Below the pieces are notes generated by a model. It saw nothing but the letters and a program-made list of their open reading frames with translations, was not told where the DNA came from and did not search any database. Position numbers and translations under genes: made by a program. A DNA stretch of 64,000 nucleotides from Candidatus Bathyarchaeota archaeon (GTDB lineage Archaea; Thermoproteota; Bathyarchaeia; Bathyarchaeales; Bathycorpusculaceae). The stretch is from assembly GCA_963717465.1 (NCBI GenBank), contig OY970340.1:2816001-2880000 (forward strand). The letters are read 5' to 3'. This document shows, one piece after another, positions 31,744 through 42,609 of the stretch. How positions within the stretch are numbered: position 1 is the stretch's first letter; each line of letters begins with the position of its first letter.

Positions 31744-32790
31744 TCAAGTTTGAAGTTTGATTGCTTTTTTTAGTTCGGCAGCTGCTGTTTCAGGAGTTAT
31801 CGTGTTAATGTATACGCCTGTTGATTTTTCGAAGCCTGCCCAAATTGACAGTTTAGGGTAAACCTCAAGGTGCCAGTGATAGCTGTCTTGTGCAGATTTA
31901 TCTAGTGCTAAATGAAAGCCATAGTTGTAAGGTGGATCATTCACTAAATCTTTTAGTGCTTTGAGGGTTGCCTTCAGAGTTTGCGCGAAGGCAGACACTT
32001 CTGCCTGCTTCAGGTTCAGGATGTTTGAAGCGTGTTTTTTAGGTATTATCCAAAACTCCATTGGGTTCATGCTTGCATAGGGAGCTAAAACTTGAAAGTT
32101 TTTGTTATTAATCACGGCTCTTGGGCTGTTAGATTCTCGTTCAATTATGTCGCAGAAAGCGCACTTCTTTTTTTCTTTGAAGAATTTTTTGCTTGCTGCC
32201 ATCTCTTCTTGGATTGTGACTGGAACCATCGGCATGGCGATTATTTGGCTGTGTGCGTGAGATAATGATGCACCTGCATCTTGACCATGATTTCGGAAGA
32301 TTGAAACGTACTTAATGTAAGGTTTCGTGCTTAATGCGTTTAGCCTGTCAATGTAGGCTTTAATTAAAAGTTCCAGTTGAGGCAGTCTTGCATCGGCAAT
32401 ATGTTCATCATGATTTGGAGATTCAGCAATAACTTCATGACCGCCTATTGCGTACCCAAAAGTCTCATTTTTAATGATTTGCTTTTCGTCAGCTTGCTCT
32501 TTTGGCGGAGAGAAAGCGGGGTAAAGGTTTGGAAAAGCGCGAATAAGCCAGTTCTTGGGACGTTCACCCTGCAAAGGATCCGCAGATTTAATTATGTCAC
32601 CATTTTTTTCTAAATAAAGCATCGAGGCAACTGGGGTCATCTGCTCATTGCCTACGCACATGGGGCAGTTGCTGCTTTTTGCTGCGTCAGGTTTGGGTTT
32701 AGCAAAATCAGTGGGCCTGCGACCACGTGCAGTGGCAATTACAACCCAGCGGTTTAACAAGTAATCTTTTCTAAATTCGTTATATGACAT
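31744..32790 (-). CDS. galT: Galactose-1-phosphate uridylyltransferase
   Basis: GASLSHAHSQ, CPMC, WAGFE. Confidence 0.93.
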   Translation of the reverse strand: MSYNEFRKDYLLNRWVVIATARGRRPTDFAKPKPDAAKSSNCPMCVGNEQMTPVASMLYLEKNGDIIKSADPLQGERPKNWLIRAFPNLYPAFSPPKEQADEKQIIKNETFGYAIGGHEVIAESPNHDEHIADARLPQLELLIKAYIDRLNALSTKPYIKYVSIFRNHGQDAGASLSHAHSQIIAMPMVPVTIQEEMAASKKFFKEKKKCAFCDIIERESNSPRAVINNKNFQVLAPYASMNPMEFWIIPKKHASNILNLKQAEVSAFAQTLKATLKALKDLVNDPPYNYGFHLALDKSAQDSYHWHLEVYPKLSIWAGFEKSTGVYINTITPETAAAELKKAIKLQT

Positions 32791-32899
32791 ATCTTCACTA
32801 AGAGAAGATAATAATGCCAAACATTTTAGCGTTTCCTATAGATACAAGTTTTTAAAGAATCAACAGTAAAATTTTGCTGAGAATAATTGAAGAAAAGAA

Positions 32900-33172
32900 T
32901 TAGTCTTCTGATATTTTTCTCTTTTTAACTTTTAAGGCGTTCTCTTGGTCGCTTATGACCCTAAATGTGTCGGTTAATTCTTGGGCGTGCAGAAACTTTT
33001 TGATTGTAACTCGTAAGTATTTCTTGGAGACTGCTTCTCCTTCACCCTTAATTGTTAAAGTTTTTGAATCTGTTGTGACTTCTGCTCCTGTTTTATCTTT
33101 TAGGAAACTGGAGAATTTTGCTATAATGTCGCCATCTTTAAGTTCAGATGCATTAATTTTTATTTCAACCAT
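32900..33172 (-). CDS. rpl22e: Ribosomal protein L22e
   Basis: FLKDK..SKKYLRVTIKKFLH..LTDTFRVIS. Confidence 0.8.
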   Translation of the reverse strand: MVEIKINASELKDGDIIAKFSSFLKDKTGAEVTTDSKTLTIKGEGEAVSKKYLRVTIKKFLHAQELTDTFRVISDQENALKVKKRKISED

Positions 33173-33317
33173 TTTTTGTTCACCTTGACCATGCATTAGT
33201 TTTAGATGCTTTTCATAGCTACTGTATTGACAAGATATATGCTTTTAGTATGCCGGCATGTTTGTTGGTTGCTCCATTTGCATGTTTTTGTTTCTGCTTT
33301 TGGTATTAGTCTTTGTT

Positions 33318-34424
33318 CTATGTTTTTTGGTCGAGAATTGCTGCGGTTATTGCGGTAGTGGTAGGTGCTGGAGTGCCTGCTGGGAAAGTCATTTTATCGT
33401 ATCTCTTGTGTTTGTAGTAACCCATGGAAACGGTCCAGGCAATGATGAAGGTTGCGATGATTGTGTAGCCTATTATTCCGAAATCAAGGTTTTGGAGTGT
33501 GTACCAGACGCCTGTTGTTAAGCCTATTTGTGATGAAACCACTTGAGTAATCTCGATGCCGCCTATAATGAAGGCAACCATGACTGAGATTATGGTGATT
33601 GTCAGGTTGTAGTAGATTTTACGTATTGGCTTGAGGAATGCCCAGCCGTATGCGCATCTCATTAGTACGCCGTCTGTCGTGTCGATTGTAACCATGCCCA
33701 CAGTGAACAGTAGCGGACAAACGAGGAAGTAAACCATGGGAACATTGCTAACAGCAAGGGAGGCGCCGATCGCGAATAGAGCAATCTGTGTTGCTGTATC
33801 GAAACCTAACCCGAAAAGTACGCCTATTGGGTAAATTTGCCATGGTTCATTGATTATTCTGAATAGTTTTCCGAAGGCTCTGCCCGTGAAACTATTTTTG
33901 TTAATAGTTTCATCTATTTCATCCCCTTTGATTCGGCCTTTCTTTAAGTCCTTGAATGTCCTGTACACACCTAGCACTATGAGAACGTTGATGAATCCAA
34001 TAAGGAACAGGAATGTCCCGCTGATTAACGAGCCGATGATGTTGCCACCTGTCTGTAGTCCAGGTATAGCACCTTGGATTGCTTTGGTTGCGATTACTAA
34101 GGCTACAAATAGAGCCATTACGATTGTTGAATGCCCCAGGGAAAACCATGTGCCTACTGTTGAAGCCCGCTTTTTTTGCTGCAATAGCTTTCGAGTGGTG
34201 TTATCAATTGCAGCAATGTGGTCAGCGTCAACTGCGTGTTGCAAACCATACACGTAAGATACTAGGCCTAATCCTGCAAGGAGTGCATACTTGTATCCGA
34301 TGAAGAATGCAGAAATGATAAGTATAACTGTTATTGCGGCTAAAACGCCATAAATGCTGCCTATTTTTATTTTCTCTTTAACAGTCAATCCCAGTCTATC
34401 GCACTTTTCGTTTTCTTCGCCCAT
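33318..34424 (-). CDS. HoxN/HupN/NixA nickel/cobalt permease
   Basis: HAVDADHIAAID, FSLGHSTIV, GLGFDTA. Confidence 0.95.
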   Translation of the reverse strand: MGEENEKCDRLGLTVKEKIKIGSIYGVLAAITVILIISAFFIGYKYALLAGLGLVSYVYGLQHAVDADHIAAIDNTTRKLLQQKKRASTVGTWFSLGHSTIVMALFVALVIATKAIQGAIPGLQTGGNIIGSLISGTFLFLIGFINVLIVLGVYRTFKDLKKGRIKGDEIDETINKNSFTGRAFGKLFRIINEPWQIYPIGVLFGLGFDTATQIALFAIGASLAVSNVPMVYFLVCPLLFTVGMVTIDTTDGVLMRCAYGWAFLKPIRKIYYNLTITIISVMVAFIIGGIEITQVVSSQIGLTTGVWYTLQNLDFGIIGYTIIATFIIAWTVSMGYYKHKRYDKMTFPAGTPAPTTTAITAAILDQKT

Positions 34425-34434
34425 TCTAAGCCCA

Positions 34435-34462
34435 GTAATACTTTTATCATAAATCGTGTTAC
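34435..34462. promoter_or_regulatory. Candidate NikR operator
   Basis: 28-bp imperfect palindrome GTAATAC-N14-GTGTTAC between the TATA box (34467-34474) and the permease start. Confidence 0.55.
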
Positions 34463-34572
34463 GCACATATAAAAACATTTAGCTTTCATTTGTTTGCCAA
34501 TTCTGAATGCCTTAGTTCACCCTTTATCTTGGAGATCAATAAGAATTCGTGCGCATGCGTCATTCAAAGTTT

Positions 34573-35472
34573 TTAAGCACGCACAGACGTCACATTTTCT
34601 GCTGCCTTATTCCATAAGCCTTCAAAGAAGCTTTGAAATATTTCTACGCACCCAGGATGATTAACGTACAAAAATGAATCTTTCTCAGGTCCTGAAATTT
34701 TCGAGAGATTAACCCAGACTTCTTTCTCATCATGCATCGCTAATTGTACTTCTGGCACAAAACTAATGTATTTCATATTGAAATTAGGTTCGGTAATTAA
34801 TCTTTTAAGGTTCTCTTGTTTCCATTCCATGTTTAATTCAGATACGATAACTCGGTACGTTACACCTCTCTTCATAGCCGCAATATGATCATCTGCATTC
34901 CCAAGCGTAGTTGTGAAAAATGTTTTATTATTAATCAAAATATCACAGCTTTCTTTAAGGTTAGCACAAAATCGACTTATTTCTCTAAAGGTTTTTTCTT
35001 TACTTGGCGAATTTAATATTTTAAAGCTGTAGTTGTCTTTTTCAGTCGTTGCATTCTTCACACGAGCCATTTGCAGTAGACCATTCAAATCAGATTGAAT
35101 CTTATTATATTCTTCTTTTTTGCATTCCAACAAAATAGAAAGCGCTTCCTGCAGCGGCACCGCTTCCCAAATAATTGGTGTCCCTAAAATCTGTTCAACT
35201 AACCCTATTTTATGCAATTGTGAGATTGCTTGGTAAACATTGGAACGATCCGTATTCAATTTATTTGCTATGAAGCTTCCAGTTTGTTTTCCTGTTTGAA
35301 CCAAAAATAGGTATACAGTGGCCTGAAGAGTTGTCAACCCTGCATTCCTCAAGGGTTGTACAACTTTTTCTGAAAGTCGCAATTCTTTACCCTCAAACCT
35401 GAAAACCACTAATTTAAAATTTAAGATTTTCGGAAGTCTTTCGTAAATTATTTCTTGTTGTAGTGTATTCAT
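34573..35472 (-). CDS. TrmB-family regulator (true start probably ~30 codons downstream)
   Basis: GLTTLQATVYLFL..DRSNVYQAISQLHKIGLVE. Confidence 0.85.
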   Translation of the reverse strand: MNTLQQEIIYERLPKILNFKLVVFRFEGKELRLSEKVVQPLRNAGLTTLQATVYLFLVQTGKQTGSFIANKLNTDRSNVYQAISQLHKIGLVEQILGTPIIWEAVPLQEALSILLECKKEEYNKIQSDLNGLLQMARVKNATTEKDNYSFKILNSPSKEKTFREISRFCANLKESCDILINNKTFFTTTLGNADDHIAAMKRGVTYRVIVSELNMEWKQENLKRLITEPNFNMKYISFVPEVQLAMHDEKEVWVNLSKISGPEKDSFLYVNHPGCVEIFQSFFEGLWNKAAENVTSVRA

Positions 35473-35583
35473 AACACCACAAAAGCTTAAGAGTTTATTT
35501 AAGACTTCAAAAATCTCAATTTAAAAAGTGGGATAGTCAATTTGGTCAGGGGTTGCTGACTTTCAAAAGCAGGTGTATGGATA

Positions 35584-37578
35584 ATGGTAAGCAAATACGA
35601 TAAACTTTTTGAGCCTGTTAATATTGGAAAGCTTCAATTAAAAAACCGTTTTGCGATGGCTCCGATGGCTATAGCCCGTTCGACAGGTGATTGGACATAC
35701 GCTAAAGAAGCGCAAGATTACTATATTGAAAGAGCCAAAGGCGGCATAGGCCTTATTATTACAGGCGCCAACTTTGTTGATAATACAGTTGAAAAACACA
35801 TTAATGGCATGTTTCCCTGCCCAACTGAAAGCCCCATGAACTATATACAAGCGTTAAAATTCATGGCGGACAAAATCCATTCATACGGCTCAAAACTTTT
35901 CGTGCAATTGACAGCAGGTCTTGGGCGTTCAGCTATTCCGCAAGTAATTGAAGATGAATCGTACGTGGCACCTTCTCCAACAACTAATAGGTGGGACAAT
36001 AGAATTGCACATAGAGCATTGAAAACTGAAGAAATTTATACCATAATTAAAAAATTTGCTGAAAGTGCCAAAATCGTTCAACAGGGTGGAGCTGATGGCG
36101 TAGAGGTTCATGCGGTGCATGAAGGCTATCTTATGGATATCTTCACTATGGCGTATTTTAATCATAGAACTGATGAATTTGGCGGTGATATGATGGGAAG
36201 GCTAAAGTTTCCAATAGAAACCTTGAAAGCCGTAAAGACCGCTTGTGGAAAAGACTTCCCTGTGTCACTTAGATTCAGCGTTAAAAGTTACATTAAAGAA
36301 GAACGTCATGGAGGTCTTCCTGGCGAAACTTTCAAAGAGATCGGCAGAGATGTTGATGAGGGCTTAAAGTTTGCGAAAATTCTAGAAGATGCTGGTTACG
36401 ACGCTTTGAATGTCGATGCCGGTTCATATGATGCTTGGTACTGGGCTCATCCGCCGATGTTTTTTGAAAAAGGAGTTTACTTAAAATTCGGCAAAATGGT
36501 AAAGGAAACAGTGAAAATTCCAGTTCTTGTAGCGGGCAGGTTGGGTTATCCTGATTTAGACATTGAAGCTGTAGAAGAAGGCTTCACGGATATTGTTGAA
36601 CTTGGGCGACCTCTTCTCGCTGATCCATTTTACGTAAATAAACTAAAACAAGGAGATATTGATGACATAAGACCTTGTCTTTCATGTCATGATGGCTGTG
36701 TTGAACGGGGTTTTCAAATGCGTGAGCCTTCCTGCGCCATTAATCCAACAGTTAACAGGGAAGAGGAAGCGAAATTTGGCAAAGCTGATACTGTTAAGAG
36801 AGCCATCGTTGTCGGCGATGGTCCAGCAGGCATGGAATCGGCAAGAGTATTAGCATTGCGCGGTCACAAAGTTAAGCTTTATGAGAAAGATAATACGTTA
36901 GGTGGAACTTACCGTTTTGCTGCTGTACCAGAGTTTAAAGATGACAGTAAGCTTCTCATCGAATGGTATAAGCGTCAGCTTAGCAAGTTAGGCGTGGCTG
37001 TCTTCTTAAACCATGAAATAACTGAAAATGATGAGGAGTTGAAAAATGCCGATGTAGTCATTACTGCCACTGGATCGTCAGAGATTATTCCCAAGATTGA
37101 AGGCGTAAATAAGGCCACCACAGCTATCAATGTGCTTAGCGGCAAAATCAAAGTCAACGATAAATGCACTATCGTTGGCGCTGGACAGGTGGGTTGCGAG
37201 ACGGCGATTTGGCTTAGCCAGCATGGCAAAAGAGTTACCTTAATTGAAATGGCGGATTGCCTGATGCCAAGAGGCGGCGTCGCCCCTATGAATGAGCAGA
37301 TGATCGTGGAGCTTTTAGAACACTTCAACGTTCAGATACACTTGAACTCAAAGCTCTTATCAATAGATGACTCAGGCATCGTGATAAACAAGAATGGCGT
37401 TCAGGAGAGAATTGAAAGCGGGCAGGTTATTCTATCCCTTGGTTACCGGTCCAATCCTGGATTGTTCAATAAACTTTGCAAGAATATACCAGGAATCTAT
37501 AATTTAGGTGATTCAAAATCTGTTGCTAATATCATGGAAGCTATTTGGGACGCATACGAAGTCTGCAGTCACTTATAA
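35584..37578 (+). CDS. Old-yellow-enzyme family NADH:flavin oxidoreductase (enoate/dienoyl-CoA reductase type, Fe-S/FAD)
   Basis: HAVHEGYL, RTDEFGG, CLSCHDGC..CAINP, GDGPAG. Confidence 0.92.
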   Translation: MVSKYDKLFEPVNIGKLQLKNRFAMAPMAIARSTGDWTYAKEAQDYYIERAKGGIGLIITGANFVDNTVEKHINGMFPCPTESPMNYIQALKFMADKIHSYGSKLFVQLTAGLGRSAIPQVIEDESYVAPSPTTNRWDNRIAHRALKTEEIYTIIKKFAESAKIVQQGGADGVEVHAVHEGYLMDIFTMAYFNHRTDEFGGDMMGRLKFPIETLKAVKTACGKDFPVSLRFSVKSYIKEERHGGLPGETFKEIGRDVDEGLKFAKILEDAGYDALNVDAGSYDAWYWAHPPMFFEKGVYLKFGKMVKETVKIPVLVAGRLGYPDLDIEAVEEGFTDIVELGRPLLADPFYVNKLKQGDIDDIRPCLSCHDGCVERGFQMREPSCAINPTVNREEEAKFGKADTVKRAIVVGDGPAGMESARVLALRGHKVKLYEKDNTLGGTYRFAAVPEFKDDSKLLIEWYKRQLSKLGVAVFLNHEITENDEELKNADVVITATGSSEIIPKIEGVNKATTAINVLSGKIKVNDKCTIVGAGQVGCETAIWLSQHGKRVTLIEMADCLMPRGGVAPMNEQMIVELLEHFNVQIHLNSKLLSIDDSGIVINKNGVQERIESGQVILSLGYRSNPGLFNKLCKNIPGIYNLGDSKSVANIMEAIWDAYEVCSHL

Positions 37579-37720
37579 AAAAATTATCCGCATGGCAGAA
37601 TGGCAGCAAAGCCCAAACACTATAAAAATCAGTAGCATTCTTTTTGAAGGCGTAGCAGACGAATTTTTGGCAATGTAAAACTTTAAAGGTTAAATCAAAG
37701 CAATAACGAAAGAGGGAAAA

Positions 37721-38137
37721 ATGACCAAAATTACTAGAGCAGGCGTAACCTTTCCACCAGAGCTTCTCAAAGACTTCGATGAAATAATAGGCAAAATGGG
37801 GTATGAGAACCGCAGCAAAGCCATTCAAGATGCCGTGCGACTATTCGTCTCTGAGAGAAAATGGATTCAGCAAGAGGAAAACACTCAGCAAACAGGCATG
37901 ATAATAATGGTTTACGACCACGAAACCAGAGGCCTAGAAGAAGAACTAACTGAAATACAACATCAACATAAACGAATAGTCACATCAACCATGCACGTTC
38001 ACATTAGCGAAAGAGACTGCCTTGAAGGAATAGCAGTAAAAGGCAGAGTCTCCGAAATCCGAAAACTAGGCGATGAACTGAGAACGCGCAGAGGAGTAAA
38101 AATTCTAAAAATAGTAGTTGCAACAGAAGCAGAATAG
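37721..38137 (+). CDS. nikR: Nickel-responsive regulator
   Basis: RHH NRSKAI, YDH, IQH, HVHI..C.E. Confidence 0.93.
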   Translation: MTKITRAGVTFPPELLKDFDEIIGKMGYENRSKAIQDAVRLFVSERKWIQQEENTQQTGMIIMVYDHETRGLEEELTEIQHQHKRIVTSTMHVHISERDCLEGIAVKGRVSEIRKLGDELRTRRGVKILKIVVATEAE

Positions 38138-38493
38138 CATCCCACGAAAATTAAGATAAACTTGTTCTTAGGTTAAACTGAATTTCAAGTTCGTAGAACT
38201 TACCTGTGCGAATGCTATTAGCAATTTTGTTCCAGAAGACATCGTGGAAAGGTCAAATAACTTGGAAAGCTAATTATGGATAATACGCTTTTCAATTCAG
38301 CGTATAACTGAACATTGGGTAATCCTTCATTTGTTTACGGTCATACAGAAATATACTGGCATGAAATTGATTATTTTCTAAGTACAACCTGCAATAATTT
38401 AAGTTAAGATGTCGTGACTAAAAACGAAATATTTTTAATAGGCAAATGTGGAAAAAGGGAAATGCACTCTTAGAATTTAAGAGAATTATAAAG

Positions 38494-41400
38494 TTATTTC
38501 TCTAGTCTAAACTTGTCTTGCGGTATTTCTATTGTAAATTTGGCGCCGGAACCTAGTTTGCCGTTTTCTTCTATGCTCCAGCCGTAGGCTTCAATTATGC
38601 GTTTTATCATGTAAAGGCCAAACCCAGTTCCTTTGCCAAAGCCTTTCTCAAAAAGATGAGATCTAACCTCATCGGTCATTCCCACTCCATTATCCTCGTA
38701 GATGAGAAGAAGGGACTTCTCGCTTCTTTGGAAATGAAGAGTGATTAGAGTAGTTTTTTCTCCGTATTTTAATGTATTATCCATTAAGTTATACAATAAT
38801 TGGCGCAATAGAGAATCGGCTAGCACTTCTAATCCTTCGCAGTTGCATTGTGTTTTTATGCCTTTAAAGTCGGATACCAGCGAAGAGGCTTCAGCGAAAT
38901 ATTTTTCAACAGTCACATAAGCCAAATTTTCTGAATTGATTTGCTCGTATATTCTTTCAAATTCTAAAATAGCCAACAACTGCTTTGATGCTTCATCCAT
39001 TTTAGCCAAATGATTAATTGCGACTTCATTACCTGAAATTTGCTTTTTGAGCAGGTACATGTAACCATTTAAAACACCAAGCTTATTTCTGACATCGTGT
39101 CTTGTTAAACTTGCAATTACTCGAAGTTTCTCATTCAACTCCTTTATCTTCTCAGTTGCCGTAGCATATTCCGCAACATAACCTTGGAGTTCAAGTTCCA
39201 CACTTTTTTGATCAGTTATATCAGTGTAGGTACTTATCGAGCCGAAGTACTCTCCGCTCTTGTCAAAGACGGGGTTAAGCGTGACAATTACGGGAACCGT
39301 CTCTTCATGACGATTTTTTATTTGAATTTCAGCAGACCAGCTTTCGCCTGAAAGGAACCGGTCCAAGGCTATAGTTATCTGTTTTTTAATTACCTCAGTC
39401 GTTAAAAATTCATCAACATTTTTTCCCAGAACCTCTTCTGCGGTCCACCCGTAAAGATTTTCAGCTCCTTTATTCCAGTAACGAATAACATTGTCTTTAT
39501 CTGTCGCAATTAAGGCTTGCCCGACAGCTTCAAGCAGTTGACTTTGAAAAACAAAAGTTTCAGTCATCCTTTTCTGCTCAGTAATATCGGTAACAATACC
39601 TCTTAATCCAACAGTCTTGTCGCCAAATTTAATTGGCACCGTTTTTACAATCGCGTTAAATCTAGTCCCATCTTTTTTCTTAAATACGTATTCATTGATT
39701 ATGGTTGAAGAAGATTCAATTGCATGTTTAAAGTCATTTCCAGCTTTTTCTAAATATTCTGGAGCAATAAACTTTTGAAAATCTTGGTATCCATTGCTGA
39801 TTTCCCCCAGGGTGTAACCAGTAGTTTCAAATGCAAGTTGATTTATGAAAGTTGCTTTTCCATTCAAGTCTATTTCAAAAATTATCTCAGGCAAAGAATT
39901 AGATAGATCTGCAAAACGTGCAACAGTATTCTTTAGAACTTCTTCAACGTTTTTACGTTCAGTTACATTCTCGAATATTGCAACAAAGTAACCTTTCTTT
40001 GGACTGTAAACTGACAAATTCAGCCACATGTTAAGGGGCTTAAAGAATAATTCGAACTTTTCGGGTTTTCCTGTTAGTGTAACTCTGCCATAAATTTCAA
40101 ATAATTCAGGATGTTCTTGCTTTATCCCTGGAATTGCTTCGGTGACTTTCTTTCCAAGCACATCAGATTTTTTTATCCCAGTGAGATTTGAAAAAGCATT
40201 GTTAACATGAAGATACACAAAGTCAATCGGTTTACCCTCGTGATCAAAAATCATTTTACAATAAGCGAACCCATCAAACATGTTTTCAAACAGACTACGG
40301 AATTTTAGCGATCTCAGCTCCTCATTTGTTGCATGCTCACGCTCAGCTAGTAAGCGATAGTGCGCTTCATTCTCTTGCAGAGCCTCTTCCATCTTTTTGC
40401 GCTCACCGATGTCAATCATCAACCCTCTAAGCCCAACCACTCTGTTGTCACAAACAATCCTAGAAGTCCTAACTAAGACAGTAAAAGGGGTTCCGTCTTT
40501 CCTGAAAAGCCTATACTCATTAAGACCAACATCTTTGCCAGCTAAAGATATTTTAGAGTTCTCAATAGCTCTTTCGCGATCGTCTGGCACAAGAAACTGC
40601 ATGATGTTTCTTCCTAATATCTCCTCACGTGAAAAGCCTGAAAAATCAATCGTCTTTTGATTAATGAAAGTAACTCTTCCAGTTACGTCGAATTCAAAAA
40701 CCATTTCCGGAAGCAAGTTTGCAAGATCTATAAGCCGCTCCTCACTTGCTCTTAGAGCCTGATTGGCCTTCTTGCTTTCGTCAATATCTAAGAACATGCC
40801 CAATACTGCCAGTTGCCCATCGTATTCGATTGGATTTGAAAAGGCTTCTACCCAAAAAATCGAGCCATTCTTACGAACTACCCTGAATTCGAGACCTCTC
40901 TTTACAGTTTCTCCTTCAAACCTATTTTGCAACCGTTCAAAAAGCAAGGTTCGATCATCTTGGAAAACAAGTTCCATAATCGCTTCTGGTGACAGCGAAA
41001 GCATTTCTTCACTGGAATAGCCCAAGTTTTCACACAAAGGCGTATTTGCATAAACAACCTTAATCGGATCGGCCAAAATAATAACGATTCCTTGAGATGA
41101 TTTTTCTACGACCGTTCGATACTTCATCTCAGACTCGATTAACAATTGCTTGGCTTTCTTGCTTTCTGCAACCTGAGTAATTGCGTTTTCAAGTTCACGA
41201 TAAACTATTTCAGGCGAACCGTTCTTGTTAATATACCTATCTGCTCCTAAATTTAGAGCATTGACTATCACTTCTTCCCTGCCTTTTCCTGTGAAAAGAA
41301 TAAAAGGAGTATCTATTTTGTTAAGTCTGAGCTCCTTTAGTAAATCTAACCCGTTTTTCGAAGGCATTTCATAATCTGAAATAACTACATCGTAAGTTTG

Positions 41401-41619
41401 TTTCTTCAGTTTTTCTAATGCAGTATCGGCTGATTCAGCAGTGTCAACGTCAAGACCTTCTTCCGTTGATAATATTTGACTTGAGACTTCCAAAAAATTT
41501 CGGTCATCGTCAACGTGCAAAATCTTCAAATGCCTTTTTTTGCGCGAATTTGTTAAATCTATCGTTGAATAAGCCGTTTCAAATTCTTGAACATTAGATC
41601 TCTGCAGCACGTTTCTCAT
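38494..41619 (-). CDS. Hybrid receiver-multiPAS histidine kinase
   Basis: Receiver (HVDDD, SDYEMP), several PAS domains, RHDVRN H-box, DNG.G, GTGFGL. Confidence 0.93.
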   Translation of the reverse strand: MRNVLQRSNVQEFETAYSTIDLTNSRKKRHLKILHVDDDRNFLEVSSQILSTEEGLDVDTAESADTALEKLKKQTYDVVISDYEMPSKNGLDLLKELRLNKIDTPFILFTGKGREEVIVNALNLGADRYINKNGSPEIVYRELENAITQVAESKKAKQLLIESEMKYRTVVEKSSQGIVIILADPIKVVYANTPLCENLGYSSEEMLSLSPEAIMELVFQDDRTLLFERLQNRFEGETVKRGLEFRVVRKNGSIFWVEAFSNPIEYDGQLAVLGMFLDIDESKKANQALRASEERLIDLANLLPEMVFEFDVTGRVTFINQKTIDFSGFSREEILGRNIMQFLVPDDRERAIENSKISLAGKDVGLNEYRLFRKDGTPFTVLVRTSRIVCDNRVVGLRGLMIDIGERKKMEEALQENEAHYRLLAEREHATNEELRSLKFRSLFENMFDGFAYCKMIFDHEGKPIDFVYLHVNNAFSNLTGIKKSDVLGKKVTEAIPGIKQEHPELFEIYGRVTLTGKPEKFELFFKPLNMWLNLSVYSPKKGYFVAIFENVTERKNVEEVLKNTVARFADLSNSLPEIIFEIDLNGKATFINQLAFETTGYTLGEISNGYQDFQKFIAPEYLEKAGNDFKHAIESSSTIINEYVFKKKDGTRFNAIVKTVPIKFGDKTVGLRGIVTDITEQKRMTETFVFQSQLLEAVGQALIATDKDNVIRYWNKGAENLYGWTAEEVLGKNVDEFLTTEVIKKQITIALDRFLSGESWSAEIQIKNRHEETVPVIVTLNPVFDKSGEYFGSISTYTDITDQKSVELELQGYVAEYATATEKIKELNEKLRVIASLTRHDVRNKLGVLNGYMYLLKKQISGNEVAINHLAKMDEASKQLLAILEFERIYEQINSENLAYVTVEKYFAEASSLVSDFKGIKTQCNCEGLEVLADSLLRQLLYNLMDNTLKYGEKTTLITLHFQRSEKSLLLIYEDNGVGMTDEVRSHLFEKGFGKGTGFGLYMIKRIIEAYGWSIEENGKLGSGAKFTIEIPQDKFRLEK

Positions 41620-41935
41620 GAATTCAAATAGTGAGGAAGTAAAATAAGGATTGTTAAGCCAAAGTATTGATTATTATGTATTTCTCTTGAAAAAAAAGTA
41701 TCTTACCTCTAACCTTTCCAGAAAAGAACTAGCTATAGTGATGAATGAAAAGAGCCTAATTCTTTAGCCCTTGAAATCAAAACGCACTGTTTGAGTTTCA
41801 CAGTTAACCTAAAAGCTTAAAATCGATAAAAAAAGAAAAATGATTAAACGATTATTATTTTTTGTAAAAAAATTTTACCGTTGTATTAAAATCAATAATA
41901 TAGCACGAGCTATGTTGATGTAATACAGATTTTGT

Positions 41936-42000
41936 TTGTCAGTTCGCCCGTCGAGTCAATATCACCGCGGTTGCTCTGTGACTCTAAAGCTCATCATCCA
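41936..42000 (-). ncRNA. Box C/D sRNA, predicted guide for 16S rRNA Cm1402 (E. coli numbering)
   Basis: Minus strand: box C ATGATGA, D' CAGA, C'-like GTGATA, box D CTGA; guide CGACGGGCG is complementary to the conserved 16S CGCCCGUC(G). Confidence 0.65.
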
Positions 42001-42075
42001 AAAAAGAATACTGCAAACAAAACATAAGACTTTTACGGATAAAGCTGCTTTAGGCAAATTAGGTGTGATAAAATC

Positions 42076-42609
42076 TTGGATGTCTTTGAAGCAATTAAAG
42101 GAAGAAGAAGCATACGAAGCTACAAAAAACAGGACGTGCCAGACGACATTGTCAGGAAATTGGTTGAAGCAGCAATATTGGCGCCCTCTGCTGGAAACAT
42201 TCAACCCTACCAGCTTGTAATAGTCCGATCAGAAAAAACTCGGCAGCAACTTTCGAAGGCAGCATTTAACCAAAAAACACTGTTGGAAGCTAATGTGGTA
42301 ATCGTGGTTTGCGTAGATGAAAAACAGGCTTCAACAAAATATGGCGAAAGAGGCAAAAAACTATACTGCATCCAAGATACCGCTGCCGCCACTCAAAACA
42401 TTTTGTTGGCGGCTTATTCTTTGGGTTTAGGCACTTGCTGGATCGGCGCATTTAACGAAGACGACGTAAAGAAAGCGGTAAACGCTCCAAAAGAAATGCA
42501 CCCTGTAACCATGATTCCAATTGGATACCCAAACGAATCGCCTGAACAAAGGAGCAGACGCTCATTCGATGAAGTTGCTCTAAAAGAATCCTTTAAAGGC
42601 ACTTCCTAA
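42076..42609 (+). CDS. Nitroreductase family protein
   Basis: RRSIRSY, APSAGNIQP, GLGTCWIG. Confidence 0.93.
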   Translation: MDVFEAIKGRRSIRSYKKQDVPDDIVRKLVEAAILAPSAGNIQPYQLVIVRSEKTRQQLSKAAFNQKTLLEANVVIVVCVDEKQASTKYGERGKKLYCIQDTAAATQNILLAAYSLGLGTCWIGAFNEDDVKKAVNAPKEMHPVTMIPIGYPNESPEQRSRRSFDEVALKESFKGTS

